A DNA stretch of 64,000 nt from an uncultured marine group I thaumarchaeote (GTDB taxonomy: Archaea > Thermoproteota > Nitrososphaeria > Nitrososphaerales > Nitrosopumilaceae): contig CACLIK010000001.1 of NCBI GenBank assembly GCA_902606965.1, positions 10,992 through 74,991 of the forward strand, given 5' to 3'. Positions 37,390 through 46,657 of the stretch are shown piece after piece. A program made the translations under genes and the position numbers. Each line of letters opens with the position of its first letter. Within the stretch, counting starts at the first letter, position 1. Below the pieces are notes generated by a model. That model did not search any database. It was not told the DNA's origin and saw only the letters and a list, made by a program, of their open reading frames with translations.

Positions 37390-37719
37390 ATGGCGATAAG
37401 CAAAGTTTCCGATTTAAAAACTTGGGAAATAGATGTTGTTAATTCTGATGTTCCTGTTTTTGTTGATTTTTGGGCTGAATGGTGTGGGCCATGCAGGATG
37501 GTTGGACCAGTTGTAGAAGAACTATCTGGTGATTATGATGGGAAAATCAAATTTGTAAAAGTAAATGTGGATGAAGCTAATGCATTAGCATCAAAATACA
37601 ATATTTTCAGTATACCAACTTTGATGATATTTAACAAGGGAGAAATTGTTGCCCAACAAGTAGGTGCTGCGTCTAAAGAAACCTACAAAAACATGATTGA
37701 CAAAGCAATAGGAAACTAA
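37390..37719 (+). CDS. trxA: Thioredoxin
   Basis: VDFWAEWCGPC, SIPT; start trimmed to ATG 37390. Confidence 0.95.
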   Translation: MAISKVSDLKTWEIDVVNSDVPVFVDFWAEWCGPCRMVGPVVEELSGDYDGKIKFVKVNVDEANALASKYNIFSIPTLMIFNKGEIVAQQVGAASKETYKNMIDKAIGN

Positions 37720-37784
37720 TACTCTCAAGTTATTTTACTAGTAGAAACCTAAAGTATTATAATTGTAACAAATCACTAAATTTC

Positions 37785-38312
37785 ATGTCTCTAGGAGAAG
37801 TTGACACTCTGAATCTTTTGTCAGATAAACTGAATAATTTATTTGATGAATCCCAGGATTATTACGAATCTTTCCTTGATGCTAACAATATGTACAAACA
37901 AGGAAAGTTAACGGATAAGGAGTTCTTTCAAAAACTAGGCGATTATGTTGTTGCTTATTCCGCACTAGAATTTCTATCAATCAAAGTTATTTTTGAATTA
38001 AAAAAATCAATTGACAAATTAGCTGGTGGTTCAGCTGTAGGAGGGACACAATCACCTGGCTTGATGCCCGGAATGGGCACACCAGGAATGATGCCCGGTG
38101 GAATGCCAGCAACACGTCCTGGAACGGCACAAAATCCTGTTGGTGGTCCAGCATCTGTAATCTCTGCTGGAGGTGGTTTTAGTGATGCGGGAACGTTACC
38201 TACTCCCGATCCATCACTTGTACCCAAACAATCTGGTGGAAAATGTTCTTCATGTGGTTCTGATTTACGACCAAATGCAAAATTTTGTACTAATTGTGGA
38301 AATAAAACATAG
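37785..38312 (+). CDS. Helical (SHOCT-like) + Pro/Gly linker + zinc-ribbon protein
   Basis: MYKQGKLTDKEFFQKL, PGM repeats, CSSCG...AKFCTNCG. Confidence 0.8.
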   Translation: MSLGEVDTLNLLSDKLNNLFDESQDYYESFLDANNMYKQGKLTDKEFFQKLGDYVVAYSALEFLSIKVIFELKKSIDKLAGGSAVGGTQSPGLMPGMGTPGMMPGGMPATRPGTAQNPVGGPASVISAGGGFSDAGTLPTPDPSLVPKQSGGKCSSCGSDLRPNAKFCTNCGNKT

Positions 38313-38332
38313 TTTTTGTAGATAATATTCTA

Positions 38333-38695
38333 TTAATCTTGATTAGCACCACATTCGGTACAGAATTTAGCAGATACAGAAATTTTCTGGCCACACTCTG
38401 AGCAAAATTTAGTTTCAGCATTAGGGTCTGTGTTTGCGCTGCCATAAAGTCCTGTTTTAAACAGAGCGCCAGATGGTTCGTATTTATCATCATCAATAAC
38501 TTGTGCTGGCGCAAAATCCTTTTCGTCGATGTAATTCATCAATCTTGGCATAGTTTCTTCTTTGTTATCTGGGTCAGGAACTATGTCCCCCAACCAAAAT
38601 GCGAATCGCTTGAGCGTAAGATCAGGAGTTGAAAATGTTAGCGTATGGCTTGACATATACTGCTCTGCAGCTTCTTTGCTGTTGAATACTTTCAT
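38333..38695 (-). CDS. Zinc-ribbon domain protein
   Basis: KFCSECGQKISVSAKFCTECG. Confidence 0.8.
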   Translation of the reverse strand: MKVFNSKEAAEQYMSSHTLTFSTPDLTLKRFAFWLGDIVPDPDNKEETMPRLMNYIDEKDFAPAQVIDDDKYEPSGALFKTGLYGSANTDPNAETKFCSECGQKISVSAKFCTECGANQD

Positions 38696-38737
38696 GTAAT
38701 ACCATTTCCTAGTTTATCTATAATGTTTTCGAGTTGA

Positions 38738-38809
38738 TGGACTGGAAGGGAATTGAACCCTTGACAACCACGTTGCGAACGTGGCATTATACCACTAAAT
38801 CACCAGCCC
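38738..38809 (-). tRNA. tRNA-Ala(CGC)
   Basis: GGGCTGG/CCAGTCC with G3-U70, CCACG-TTCGCAA-CGTGG. Confidence 0.93.
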
Positions 38810-38882
38810 TCAATATTCATCATTAAATCAGTTTTTATTCATTTACTCAACTACAAATAGCGGATTTTTATAATAAGACTGG

Positions 38883-40280
38883 ATGACATGTGATACAGTA
38901 ATTGTGGGTTCCCATGTAGTTCTGCCTACGGGAATAATTGATAAAAACATAGTTTTAGACGAAGGAAAAATAATTGGTTTTACAAACGATATCCCATCAT
39001 CCGACAGAAAAATTAATGCAGATGGACTTGTTGCGATTCCAGGTGTTATTGATACACATGTACACTATGGAGTTTATTCTGCTATAGAACATGCAGCTGT
39101 ATCAGAATCACATGCAGCTGCAATTGGTGGAATCACTACTATGATGCGAATGCTTCGACGAGGAGATTCGTATAAGAATTCATTATCTCCGCAATTAAAT
39201 GCAAGTTCGACATCACACTATGTTGATTATGCAATTCACGCATCAATCTTCAGTATGCAACAAGTAGATGAAATGAAGTACTGTGTAGAAAATGGAGTTA
39301 CATCCTTCAAGTTATACATGAATTTGGGAGGAGAAGTTGGTCATGTTTACATGGATATGGAACCGGGGGGAAATCTTCTGCAGGAGGAGCGTGTAGAAGT
39401 AACTTCCGAAATAGTCGAAAACGTTGTGAAAAATGCATCTTCACTTGGTTGTCCTGTTTTGGTTCATGCAGAAGATTATGAAGAATGTGGTTGTGGAATA
39501 AAAAAAGCAAAGGAAAAAAATCAAGATGGACTTGATGCGTGGTCTGAAAGTAGACCAACTAAATCTGAAACAAAGTCAATACAAACTATTGCAAAATTTG
39601 CTAGAGATTCTAACTGTACAATTTACTTTGCTCATATAGGTTCACAAAATGCATTAAAACAAATTAGCGAAGAAAGAAAAAATGGAACAAAAATTTTTGT
39701 AGAGACATGTCCTCATTATCTAACACTCTCTCATCAAAATCAAGAAGGTTATCTTGCTAAAGTAATGCCGCCAATTAGAAGTGAAAGTGATGTTTTGTCC
39801 GTCTGGAATGCAATTAACCAAAACCATGTAAATACAATTGGAACAGATCATGTTGCAAATCAGCTTAAACTCAAGCTAGATGGAAATACAGTTTGGGACG
39901 CACTTGCAGGCTTTCCCGGTATTGGAACACTGTTACCATTGATGCTAAGTGAGGGTGTAAACAAAAACAAAATTACCATTTCTCAATTAGTAAATCTCAC
40001 CAGCATGAATGCCGCAAAAATTTTTGGTATGTATCCTACAAAAGGTTCACTTGAACTTAATTCTGATGCAGATATCACGCTAATTGATCTAAAAAAAGAG
40101 CAGAAGGTTACATCTGATCTGTTCGGAGGGTTTTCTGATTATATTGTATATGATGGATGGAAATTGAAAGGTTGGCCAGTGAAAACCATTGTTCGTGGTC
40201 AAACTATTGCTGAAGATTTTCAAGTTATAGGTAAAACTGGTTATGGTAAACTCGTACCTAGAAAAATCAATATTATTTGA
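38883..40280 (+). CDS. Cyclic amidohydrolase (dihydroorotase/hydantoinase/allantoinase family)
   Basis: IDTHVH, GGITT, SFKLYM, VHAE, ETCPHYL, PPIR, GTDH, DADI. Confidence 0.88.
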   Translation: MTCDTVIVGSHVVLPTGIIDKNIVLDEGKIIGFTNDIPSSDRKINADGLVAIPGVIDTHVHYGVYSAIEHAAVSESHAAAIGGITTMMRMLRRGDSYKNSLSPQLNASSTSHYVDYAIHASIFSMQQVDEMKYCVENGVTSFKLYMNLGGEVGHVYMDMEPGGNLLQEERVEVTSEIVENVVKNASSLGCPVLVHAEDYEECGCGIKKAKEKNQDGLDAWSESRPTKSETKSIQTIAKFARDSNCTIYFAHIGSQNALKQISEERKNGTKIFVETCPHYLTLSHQNQEGYLAKVMPPIRSESDVLSVWNAINQNHVNTIGTDHVANQLKLKLDGNTVWDALAGFPGIGTLLPLMLSEGVNKNKITISQLVNLTSMNAAKIFGMYPTKGSLELNSDADITLIDLKKEQKVTSDLFGGFSDYIVYDGWKLKGWPVKTIVRGQTIAEDFQVIGKTGYGKLVPRKINII

Positions 40281-40947
40281 TCACATCAAACTTTCCAGAT
40301 GATCGTGCCCTGTAGATAATATCTGGTTTTCTAGTGAAAATTCCTACCTCCAAAACTCCAGAAATACCCTTAATTTTTTCTCGCAATAATTTTGGTTTTT
40401 TTATCACACCAAAATTACAATCAAGAATAATGTTTCCATTTTCTGTAATGAATGGGTATCCCCTATCCAGCGTTCTGATCTTGGGTTTGCCACCAATTTT
40501 TGAAATATTTTTGGTTACCGTATTTCTAGCCAAAGGATGAACTTCTACAGGTACACTTCTGTTGAAATGTGTAACAAATTTTGAATCATCTGCCATTATT
40601 ACAACTTTTTTTGCTGCGTTAATCAGGATATTTTCTCTTAGTAATGCACCACCACCACCTTTGATCAAATTTTTTCCCTTATCGATTTGATCAGCTCCAT
40701 CAAAAACAATGTCAATTTTGTCAAGAACTGTATCTATAAGATGCAGATTTCCCTTTTCAGCTTCTAATTTTATTTGTAAAGATGTTGGAACACATTTTAT
40801 GTTGAATTTCTTTTTTTTGGCAAGTGATGATAGAGACTTTACAAATGCAGTTGCAGATCTACCACTACCTAATCCTATAGTTTGATGATTCTTTACAAGC
40901 TTTACAGCATCGTTTGATAATGCCGTAATGGCATCATCATATGTCAT
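40273..40947 (-). CDS. rpiA: Ribose-5-phosphate isomerase A
   Basis: GLGSG, DGADQ, KGGGGALLRE, PVEV, TENGNIILD. Confidence 0.95.
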   Translation of the reverse strand: MTYDDAITALSNDAVKLVKNHQTIGLGSGRSATAFVKSLSSLAKKKKFNIKCVPTSLQIKLEAEKGNLHLIDTVLDKIDIVFDGADQIDKGKNLIKGGGGALLRENILINAAKKVVIMADDSKFVTHFNRSVPVEVHPLARNTVTKNISKIGGKPKIRTLDRGYPFITENGNIILDCNFGVIKKPKLLREKIKGISGVLEVGIFTRKPDIIYRARSSGKFDVIK

Positions 40948-41807
40948 TATTCTACCTCAGCTTGATCTAAGTTCGACAGTGATTTTTCTATTTTTTTCGT
41001 AAGTTCGCTGATATCAACATCGTCATCTTCCAGATTACTATCATTTGATACTCCATCATCAATTTCAGCTTGTGGTATTTTTTCAACTTCCAAACCAGAA
41101 AGAACTACTTTCTTTTCAATACTAGTGGATTCTTTTGCGTTTGGATTAGTATGTACTGAACAATGTTTGTTAGAAAACTTTGGATTGGTACAATCAGGAT
41201 ATTCACAAACGTTAGAATGTGTTACTTTTGCTTCATTTACATTTTCTACAATTTTTACCACTTTCGCATTATCGCTAGGTTCTACATGCTGTATTCTTGA
41301 TACAGGCGGCTTGAGTTTTTTACGGAAAAATTCCGGAAGTTCAGTTGGTACCTGAGTGAGGGTAGTGATTTCGAGAGGTCCATATTTGTTTGAGCCCAGA
41401 TTCATATCTGATTGGTAAGCGGGTTTTTTCCTATGTTTTTGAATTGATGATTGTACGTGTGATTTTGATCTTTGTGTATGTCTCTCCGCCTGTTTTTTCG
41501 GTGTAGAGATCTTTGACGATATTTCTTGTAATCTTTCGTCCATTGTTGATAATTTTTGTTCCATAGCAGCGAACAGGCCCTCACTAGAATTATTCGTACT
41601 AGTATTCCTCATTGCATTACCCAATTCTTCTATCTTAGATACTACTACCGCGAGCTGGTGCTGATATCTTGTTAAGAGCTTATCCCTTTGAATTTTGGTT
41701 AAATGAGAGTCTTGTTGATATACTCTGAAAATTGTTTTTGTGAGAATATCCCGTTCTATAATTAATGAATTAGCCTCGTTTCTAAAGCCGTATTCAATTT
41801 CTTGCAT
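40947..41807 (-). CDS. Hypothetical coiled-coil protein with small Cys3His motif
   Basis: Heptad-rich N-terminus, CEYPDC-x9-CSVH, acidic C-terminus; abuts rpl37e and rpiA. Confidence 0.7.
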   Translation of the reverse strand: MQEIEYGFRNEANSLIIERDILTKTIFRVYQQDSHLTKIQRDKLLTRYQHQLAVVVSKIEELGNAMRNTSTNNSSEGLFAAMEQKLSTMDERLQEISSKISTPKKQAERHTQRSKSHVQSSIQKHRKKPAYQSDMNLGSNKYGPLEITTLTQVPTELPEFFRKKLKPPVSRIQHVEPSDNAKVVKIVENVNEAKVTHSNVCEYPDCTNPKFSNKHCSVHTNPNAKESTSIEKKVVLSGLEVEKIPQAEIDDGVSNDSNLEDDDVDISELTKKIEKSLSNLDQAEVE

Positions 41808-41975
41808 TTACGTATACCATTTGATCCAAGAATATTTTCTTCTTTTTGCGTCAGGAAAACCACAACTTGCACAGGTATGATGGCGTACATGGAATGAGTT
41901 TTTACCACATCGTCTGCATCTAATATGTACATGCTTTCTGGTAAACTTACCCATTGATGTTGTTCCTTTCACCAT
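41808..41975 (-). CDS. rpl37e: 50S ribosomal protein L37e (55 aa, not in ORF track)
   Basis: [29 protein letters not shown]; SD AAGGTGA; follows Lsm. Confidence 0.95.
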   Translation of the reverse strand: MVKGTTSMGKFTRKHVHIRCRRCGKNSFHVRHHTCASCGFPDAKRRKYSWIKWYT

Positions 41976-41987
41976 TTTGCTATCACC

Positions 41988-42218
41988 TTATGCTGGAGGT
42001 GGAGATATCATTACTACGTTATCTCCTCTCACAACTATGGATCCTAAACTCTTTGCATCGCCTTCAGAAGGGATCTCTTCTGACTGGTCGAGTAGCAGGT
42101 TCATGTGCTGGTCAAAGCCAAGAAGATTACCTCTAATTGTCTTATTTCCTTTCAGCTTAATCAGTACTATTTTGTTAATACTTTCATCCAGTACTTTTAC
42201 TGCCATATCAACGGACAT
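41988..42218 (-). CDS. Sm-like archaeal protein (Lsm/SmAP1)
   Basis: [27 protein letters not shown]; conserved linkage with rpl37e. Confidence 0.95.
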   Translation of the reverse strand: MSVDMAVKVLDESINKIVLIKLKGNKTIRGNLLGFDQHMNLLLDQSEEIPSEGDAKSLGSIVVRGDNVVMISPPPA

Positions 42219-42295
42219 TATATCACTTATTGAGATCTTTATTGATGGATTATATTAAACATTCACTGGTGAAACTTTCGGTGTTAGTCAGTAAG

Positions 42296-42976
42296 TCAAG
42301 ATTGACACTCTTTTGCTAGGTTTCTAACAATTTCAGCAAGAAACTTCTCTCCGTCCTTTTTTGTTGCCTTAGTTGGGTCACCCCATACTCCGTTCTTTGC
42401 AACCTTAGGAAATCCGCCTTGTTGCGTAGAAAGTTTGTTAATTCTTTGTATTTCCTTCTCACTCAAGCCCTTTGTTGTAAAGCCCTTTTTCGCCTTTTTC
42501 ATCTTAACTTTGTCTGAAATGGCAAGCATTAACGAGGTCTCTACGAAGCCTGCATGATCAAATTCATGCTTCATAAAGTGCCAATATGAATAAGATGAGA
42601 CAGACCTAAGTGTGCCTATAATCTTGTCATTTCCATGATGACCATTTAAAATTATGATAGAGTTTACATTATTTTCTTTTAGTGAATGAATAATATTCAT
42701 TAGGATATTACCCAATACTTTTCCATCAATACTAGTATTGAATAAAGGCGAATGCTCATATGAAACTCCATAATTAATGGTTGGTAAAACTATGAAGCCA
42801 CATTTTTTTGCCAAACGTGAAGCAATCTCTGTAACAATGTCAGAGTCAGTTGTTATCGGTAAATGAGCCCCGTGTTGCTCAAGCGAACCGACAGGAATGA
42901 TAACTGTCTGCTTCTTGGATTTGATTAGTTTTCTAAATTCTGGATCATACAGCTCGCTAGCGTCCATTACTCTCAC
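42296..42976 (-). CDS. Creatininase-family protein (possibly ArfB-type deformylase)
   Basis: PVGSLEQHGAHLP..TD, NGHHGN, DHAGFVETS, GVWGDP. Confidence 0.85.
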   Translation of the reverse strand: MRVMDASELYDPEFRKLIKSKKQTVIIPVGSLEQHGAHLPITTDSDIVTEIASRLAKKCGFIVLPTINYGVSYEHSPLFNTSIDGKVLGNILMNIIHSLKENNVNSIIILNGHHGNDKIIGTLRSVSSYSYWHFMKHEFDHAGFVETSLMLAISDKVKMKKAKKGFTTKGLSEKEIQRINKLSTQQGGFPKVAKNGVWGDPTKATKKDGEKFLAEIVRNLAKECQS

Positions 42977-43815
42977 TTTGACTTAGTGTGAACTTTTCTC
43001 CAGCGAACTTCTAACTTATTATCCAAATGCATCTTTGCAGCCTTCAAAAGTGTAGTAGCTTCCAATTTCTGGCCTCTCTTTTTTATTGACTCGAGAGTGT
43101 CCTCTGGGGTTACTTTGAAGGAATCCTGGAAGATTATTGGTCCCTGATCAAGGTTTTCGGTAACATAATGTGATGTCACGCCGACAATTTTTGTTCCCCG
43201 CTCAAATGCCTGGGCATAAGCCAGTGAACCAGGAAATGCTGGAAGCAATGATGGATGGATGTTGATTATTCTATTTGGGTATCTCCAGACAAAGTTTGGG
43301 GTCAGAATTCGCATATATCGTGCCAAAACAATCAGATCCACTTGATATTTCTTACAAATTTTTAGCAGTTTTTCTTCAGCCTTCTCTTGGCTTCTGTCTT
43401 CAACAACAACAAATGGAATTTTTGCCTTTTTTGCAAGTGATGCAAGGCTTCTTTCGGTACCAACAATAACGGAAATCTTGCCCTTGATAGCGCGTCTAGA
43501 TGATAGGATTTCTTTCAGGCAGTGTTCCTCTTTGGTAACAAATACGGCAATGCTTTTTTCCGTATTGGTTTCAGAGTGAGTGCTTACTTCCATCCTTAGT
43601 TTTTTACCTAATCTTTGAAGATCAGAATCAAGTCGTTTAAAATTAATCTTGGAAGTAAATGATACTTCTAGATACATTCCAAATAGACTCTTGATTACAT
43701 TCTGATTCACTTTCTCAACGTTACCGTTATTCTGAAATACAAAGTTTGTAAACTGTGCAACAATACCCTCTCTGTCTTTTCCAACAACGGTGATTCCAAC
43801 TATGGTTTTCTTCAT
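42973..43815 (-). CDS. purU: Formyltetrahydrofolate deformylase
   Basis: N-terminal ACT domain, LARYMRIL, INIHPSLLP, LDQGPII. Confidence 0.92.
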   Translation of the reverse strand: MKKTIVGITVVGKDREGIVAQFTNFVFQNNGNVEKVNQNVIKSLFGMYLEVSFTSKINFKRLDSDLQRLGKKLRMEVSTHSETNTEKSIAVFVTKEEHCLKEILSSRRAIKGKISVIVGTERSLASLAKKAKIPFVVVEDRSQEKAEEKLLKICKKYQVDLIVLARYMRILTPNFVWRYPNRIINIHPSLLPAFPGSLAYAQAFERGTKIVGVTSHYVTENLDQGPIIFQDSFKVTPEDTLESIKKRGQKLEATTLLKAAKMHLDNKLEVRWRKVHTKSK

Positions 43816-43849
43816 TGGCGTCGTTGGTAATTAATTCCATATATACCAA

Positions 43850-43937
43850 TGGTGCGGGAGGTGGGATTTGAACCCACGAACTCCTAAAAGACAGGGTCCT
43901 AAGCCCTGCGCCTTTGGCCAGGCTGGGCGACTCCCGC
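43850..43937 (-). tRNA. tRNA-Leu(TAG), CCA encoded
   Basis: GCGGGAG/CTCCCGC+ACCA, CAGGG-CTTAGGA-CCCTG, long variable arm. Confidence 0.96.
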
Positions 43938-43985
43938 AAGCTTTGTGTAACAACAGACAAATTTATCGGTATTGGATTGCACTGT

Positions 43986-45335
43986 ATGGGCAAATTATTT
44001 GGAACAAACGGTGTAAGAGGAGTTTTTTCTGAGGATTTCACTTTAGAGTTTGTACATGATCTTATATTATCAATTTCAACTTATTTCAAGGAAGGAACGA
44101 TTCTTGTTGGATATGATGGAAGGAACTCTAGCAAAATAGTTTCAAAATTAGTTTGTTCTACATTAAATTCTGCTGGCATGGATTGCGATCTTACAGGGCT
44201 TGTCCCTACTCCTTGTTTGGAATTTGCAACTAAAACGCTAGGATACAATGGTGGAATTATGATTACGGCTTCTCATAACCCACCTGAGTATAATGGGATT
44301 AAACCAGTTGCAAGTGATGGCGTGGAGATTTCACGTGAAGATGAGAATGTGATTGAAGATATCTTTTTCAAGAAAAACTGGAAAGAAACCTCTTCTGTAT
44401 TTGGTTCGACAAGAAATGATGATAGAGCGATACAAACCTATCTGGATGGGATAAAATCACAAGTAGATGTTTCAAAAATAAAATCAAGAAAACTCAAAGT
44501 TGTATTAGATCTTGGAAATGGTACTCAAGCAGTTACTGCGATAAAATTATGTGAACAGCTTGGATGTGAAACTATAACAATAAATCAAGAAATTGATGGA
44601 ACCTTTTCTGGAAGAGGCCCTGAACCCACTCCGTACAATCTTGAAGAGCTATCTTCTACTGTAGTAAATAATAATGCTGATCTTGGCATCGCATTTGATG
44701 GTGATGGTGATAGAAGTATCTTTTGTGATAATACAGGAGTATTACTATCTGGTGACAAATCTGCGCTATTACTATCAAATTATCTGTTAAAGAAAAATCC
44801 AAATTCTAAAGTGGTTACGTGTATTAACTCTGGAAATTCAATTGACGAGATAGTTACACAAACTAACTCAACTGTTATGAGAACTAAAGTTGGGAGTATT
44901 GAAGTTTCAAGAAAAATGCTTACCGAAAATGCACTTATAGGATTTGAAGAAAATGGCGGATTCATGTTCGGAAAACATAATCAAGTGAGAGATGGTGGTA
45001 TGACGCTAGCCCTATTCCTTGAATTACTTGTAGACTCGAACAAAAGCATAAGCGAAGAGCTTGCTACTTTGCCACCCTCTTTTACGACCAAAGACAAAAT
45101 TTCATGCAAAAAGGAGGATGTAGATAGAATAATCTCCAAACTTTCAGATGAGTTTCCAAATGCAGATACTACAGACGGTATAAAGATTGTTTTTGACAAG
45201 AAAAACTGGATTATGGTGAGGCCTAGCGGCACTGAACCTATAATTAGGATTTATGCGGAATCTGATTCAGAAAAAAACCTTGAAACACTTATGACAGAAT
45301 ATATTCAAAAAATCAAATCATTTGTAGACAGATAA
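43986..45335 (+). CDS. Phosphohexomutase (phosphoglucosamine/phosphomannomutase)
   Basis: LFGTNGVRG, TASHNP, FDGDGDR, GFEENG, RPSGTEP; start trimmed to ATG 43986. Confidence 0.92.
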   Translation: MGKLFGTNGVRGVFSEDFTLEFVHDLILSISTYFKEGTILVGYDGRNSSKIVSKLVCSTLNSAGMDCDLTGLVPTPCLEFATKTLGYNGGIMITASHNPPEYNGIKPVASDGVEISREDENVIEDIFFKKNWKETSSVFGSTRNDDRAIQTYLDGIKSQVDVSKIKSRKLKVVLDLGNGTQAVTAIKLCEQLGCETITINQEIDGTFSGRGPEPTPYNLEELSSTVVNNNADLGIAFDGDGDRSIFCDNTGVLLSGDKSALLLSNYLLKKNPNSKVVTCINSGNSIDEIVTQTNSTVMRTKVGSIEVSRKMLTENALIGFEENGGFMFGKHNQVRDGGMTLALFLELLVDSNKSISEELATLPPSFTTKDKISCKKEDVDRIISKLSDEFPNADTTDGIKIVFDKKNWIMVRPSGTEPIIRIYAESDSEKNLETLMTEYIQKIKSFVDR

Positions 45336-45368
45336 CACTTTTAATACCAATTGGCTTGATTCTTGGAA

Positions 45369-45394
45369 TGGAGATGATCCCTCAGGGTGATGTA
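45369..45394 (+). promoter_or_regulatory. Putative kink-turn in the rpl7ae 5' UTR
   Basis: GAT-GA-T-CCC-TCA-GGG-T-GA: tandem GA pairs and a U-U pair on a hairpin that includes the SD GGGTGA. Confidence 0.65.
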
Positions 45395-45395
45395 A

Positions 45396-45818
45396 ATGGC
45401 AAAACCATACTATGTAAAATTTGAAGTACCAGAAAATCTTGTTAGTCCGATTTATGAATCACTTAGAGTAGCTGTTGAGACTGGAAAAGTCAAAAGAGGT
45501 ACAAACGAGGCTACAAAAGCAATTGAAAGAGGTATAAGTAAACTAATTATCATTGCCGAAGATGTAGAACCACCAGAAGTTGTTGCGCATCTTCCAATAT
45601 TATGTGAAGAACAAGGAGCTGCATATGCTTTTGTTCCGAGCAAACAGGACTTAGGAAAGGCATTAGGAATTGAAGTTACATCAGCTGCCGCAGCAATTTT
45701 AGACTCTGGTGATGCTCAACACATAATTGATGAAGTTGTGAGTTCTATTGCTAAAATTAAAGGTGGCAAACCAGAAGCAGCAGCTAAACCAGAAGCAACA
45801 GCTAAACCAGAACCATGA
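45396..45818 (+). CDS. rpl7ae: Ribosomal protein L7Ae
   Basis: [32 protein letters not shown]. Confidence 0.97.
   Translation: MAKPYYVKFEVPENLVSPIYESLRVAVETGKVKRGTNEATKAIERGISKLIIIAEDVEPPEVVAHLPILCEEQGAAYAFVPSKQDLGKALGIEVTSAAAAILDSGDAQHIIDEVVSSIAKIKGGKPEAAAKPEATAKPEP
45768..45812 (+). repeat. 18-bp tandem repeat (2.5 copies) encoding the L7Ae tail [15 protein letters not shown]
   Basis: AAACCAGAAGCAGCAGCT / AAACCAGAAGCAACAGCT / AAACCAGAA. Confidence 0.85.
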
Positions 45819-46033
45819 GCACAGAAACACAGGCCGATGAACTTACTTCTGCCGAAGTTATTCAGATTGTAGGTAGAACAGGCATTGCTGGAGAAGTTAT
45901 TCAAGTCAGAGTAAAAATCTTGGATGGTAAAGACAAAGGAAGAGTGCTTACAAGAAATGTAAAGGGATCAATACGAATGTCTGATATTCTAATATTACGA
46001 GAAACAGAACGAGAAGCCAAAAAAATTAGGTAG
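45815..46033 (+). CDS. rps28e: 30S ribosomal protein S28e
   Basis: [27 protein letters not shown]. Confidence 0.96.
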   Translation: MSTETQADELTSAEVIQIVGRTGIAGEVIQVRVKILDGKDKGRVLTRNVKGSIRMSDILILRETEREAKKIR

Positions 46034-46041
46034 TGAATGTT

Positions 46042-46248
46042 ATGAGCATGTTAGTAAAATCCTGTAGTTTCTGTAATCGTCCAATACCAAAAGGATCAGG
46101 CACGATGCTTGCAAAGAATGATGGAACTGTATTGTGGTCTTGCTCTTCTAAATGTAAAAAAAATCTACTTGTTCTAAAACGTGATCCTCGAAAGCTAAAG
46201 TGGACAAAAAAATACGTTAAAGGCGGAATTAAAAAGGCAAAAAAGTAA
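46042..46248 (+). CDS. rpl24e: 50S ribosomal protein L24e
   Basis: CSFC..I..GSG, CSSKC.KN, RDPRKLKWT; exact start uncertain. Confidence 0.95.
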   Translation: MSMLVKSCSFCNRPIPKGSGTMLAKNDGTVLWSCSSKCKKNLLVLKRDPRKLKWTKKYVKGGIKKAKK

Positions 46249-46249
46249 G

Positions 46250-46648
46250 TTGGCTGAACAAACACTAATCATCGTAAAGCCAGATGCCGTAAAACGAAAT
46301 TTGGCAGAAGAAATACTCTCACGTTTTGAAAAAAAAGGGTTCATAATTTCAAAGCAAAAAACATTAAATTTTACAGCAGAAATGGCTAAGCAATTTTATT
46401 CTGCGCATAGCTCCAAACCATTTTTTGATGAATTGGTATCATTTATCACATCTGGGGAGGTTGTTGCTGCAATAATTGAACGTGACAATGCTGTCAGCCT
46501 AACTAGGGAAATTATAGGTAATACAAACCCTAAGGAAGCTAATCCTGATACAATACGTGGTGATTTTGGTATTAGTATAACAGAAAACTCTATCCATGCC
46601 TCAGACTCTAGCGAAAGTTTTGATAAGGAAGTGAATGTGATATTTTAG
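46250..46648 (+). CDS. ndk: Nucleoside diphosphate kinase
   Basis: KPDAV, TIRGDFG, NSIHASDS; TTG start. Confidence 0.96.
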   Translation: MAEQTLIIVKPDAVKRNLAEEILSRFEKKGFIISKQKTLNFTAEMAKQFYSAHSSKPFFDELVSFITSGEVVAAIIERDNAVSLTREIIGNTNPKEANPDTIRGDFGISITENSIHASDSSESFDKEVNVIF

Positions 46649-46657
46649 TGATCAAAG

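Noticed and set aside
38055-38110. Short GATGCCCGG repeats
   Set aside because: Explained by the low-complexity PGM linker coding sequence
43727-44041. ORF 43727-44041 and the upstream extension of the phosphomutase (43914-43985)
   Set aside because: Both run through tRNA-Leu; the family N-terminus MGKLFGT starts at 43986
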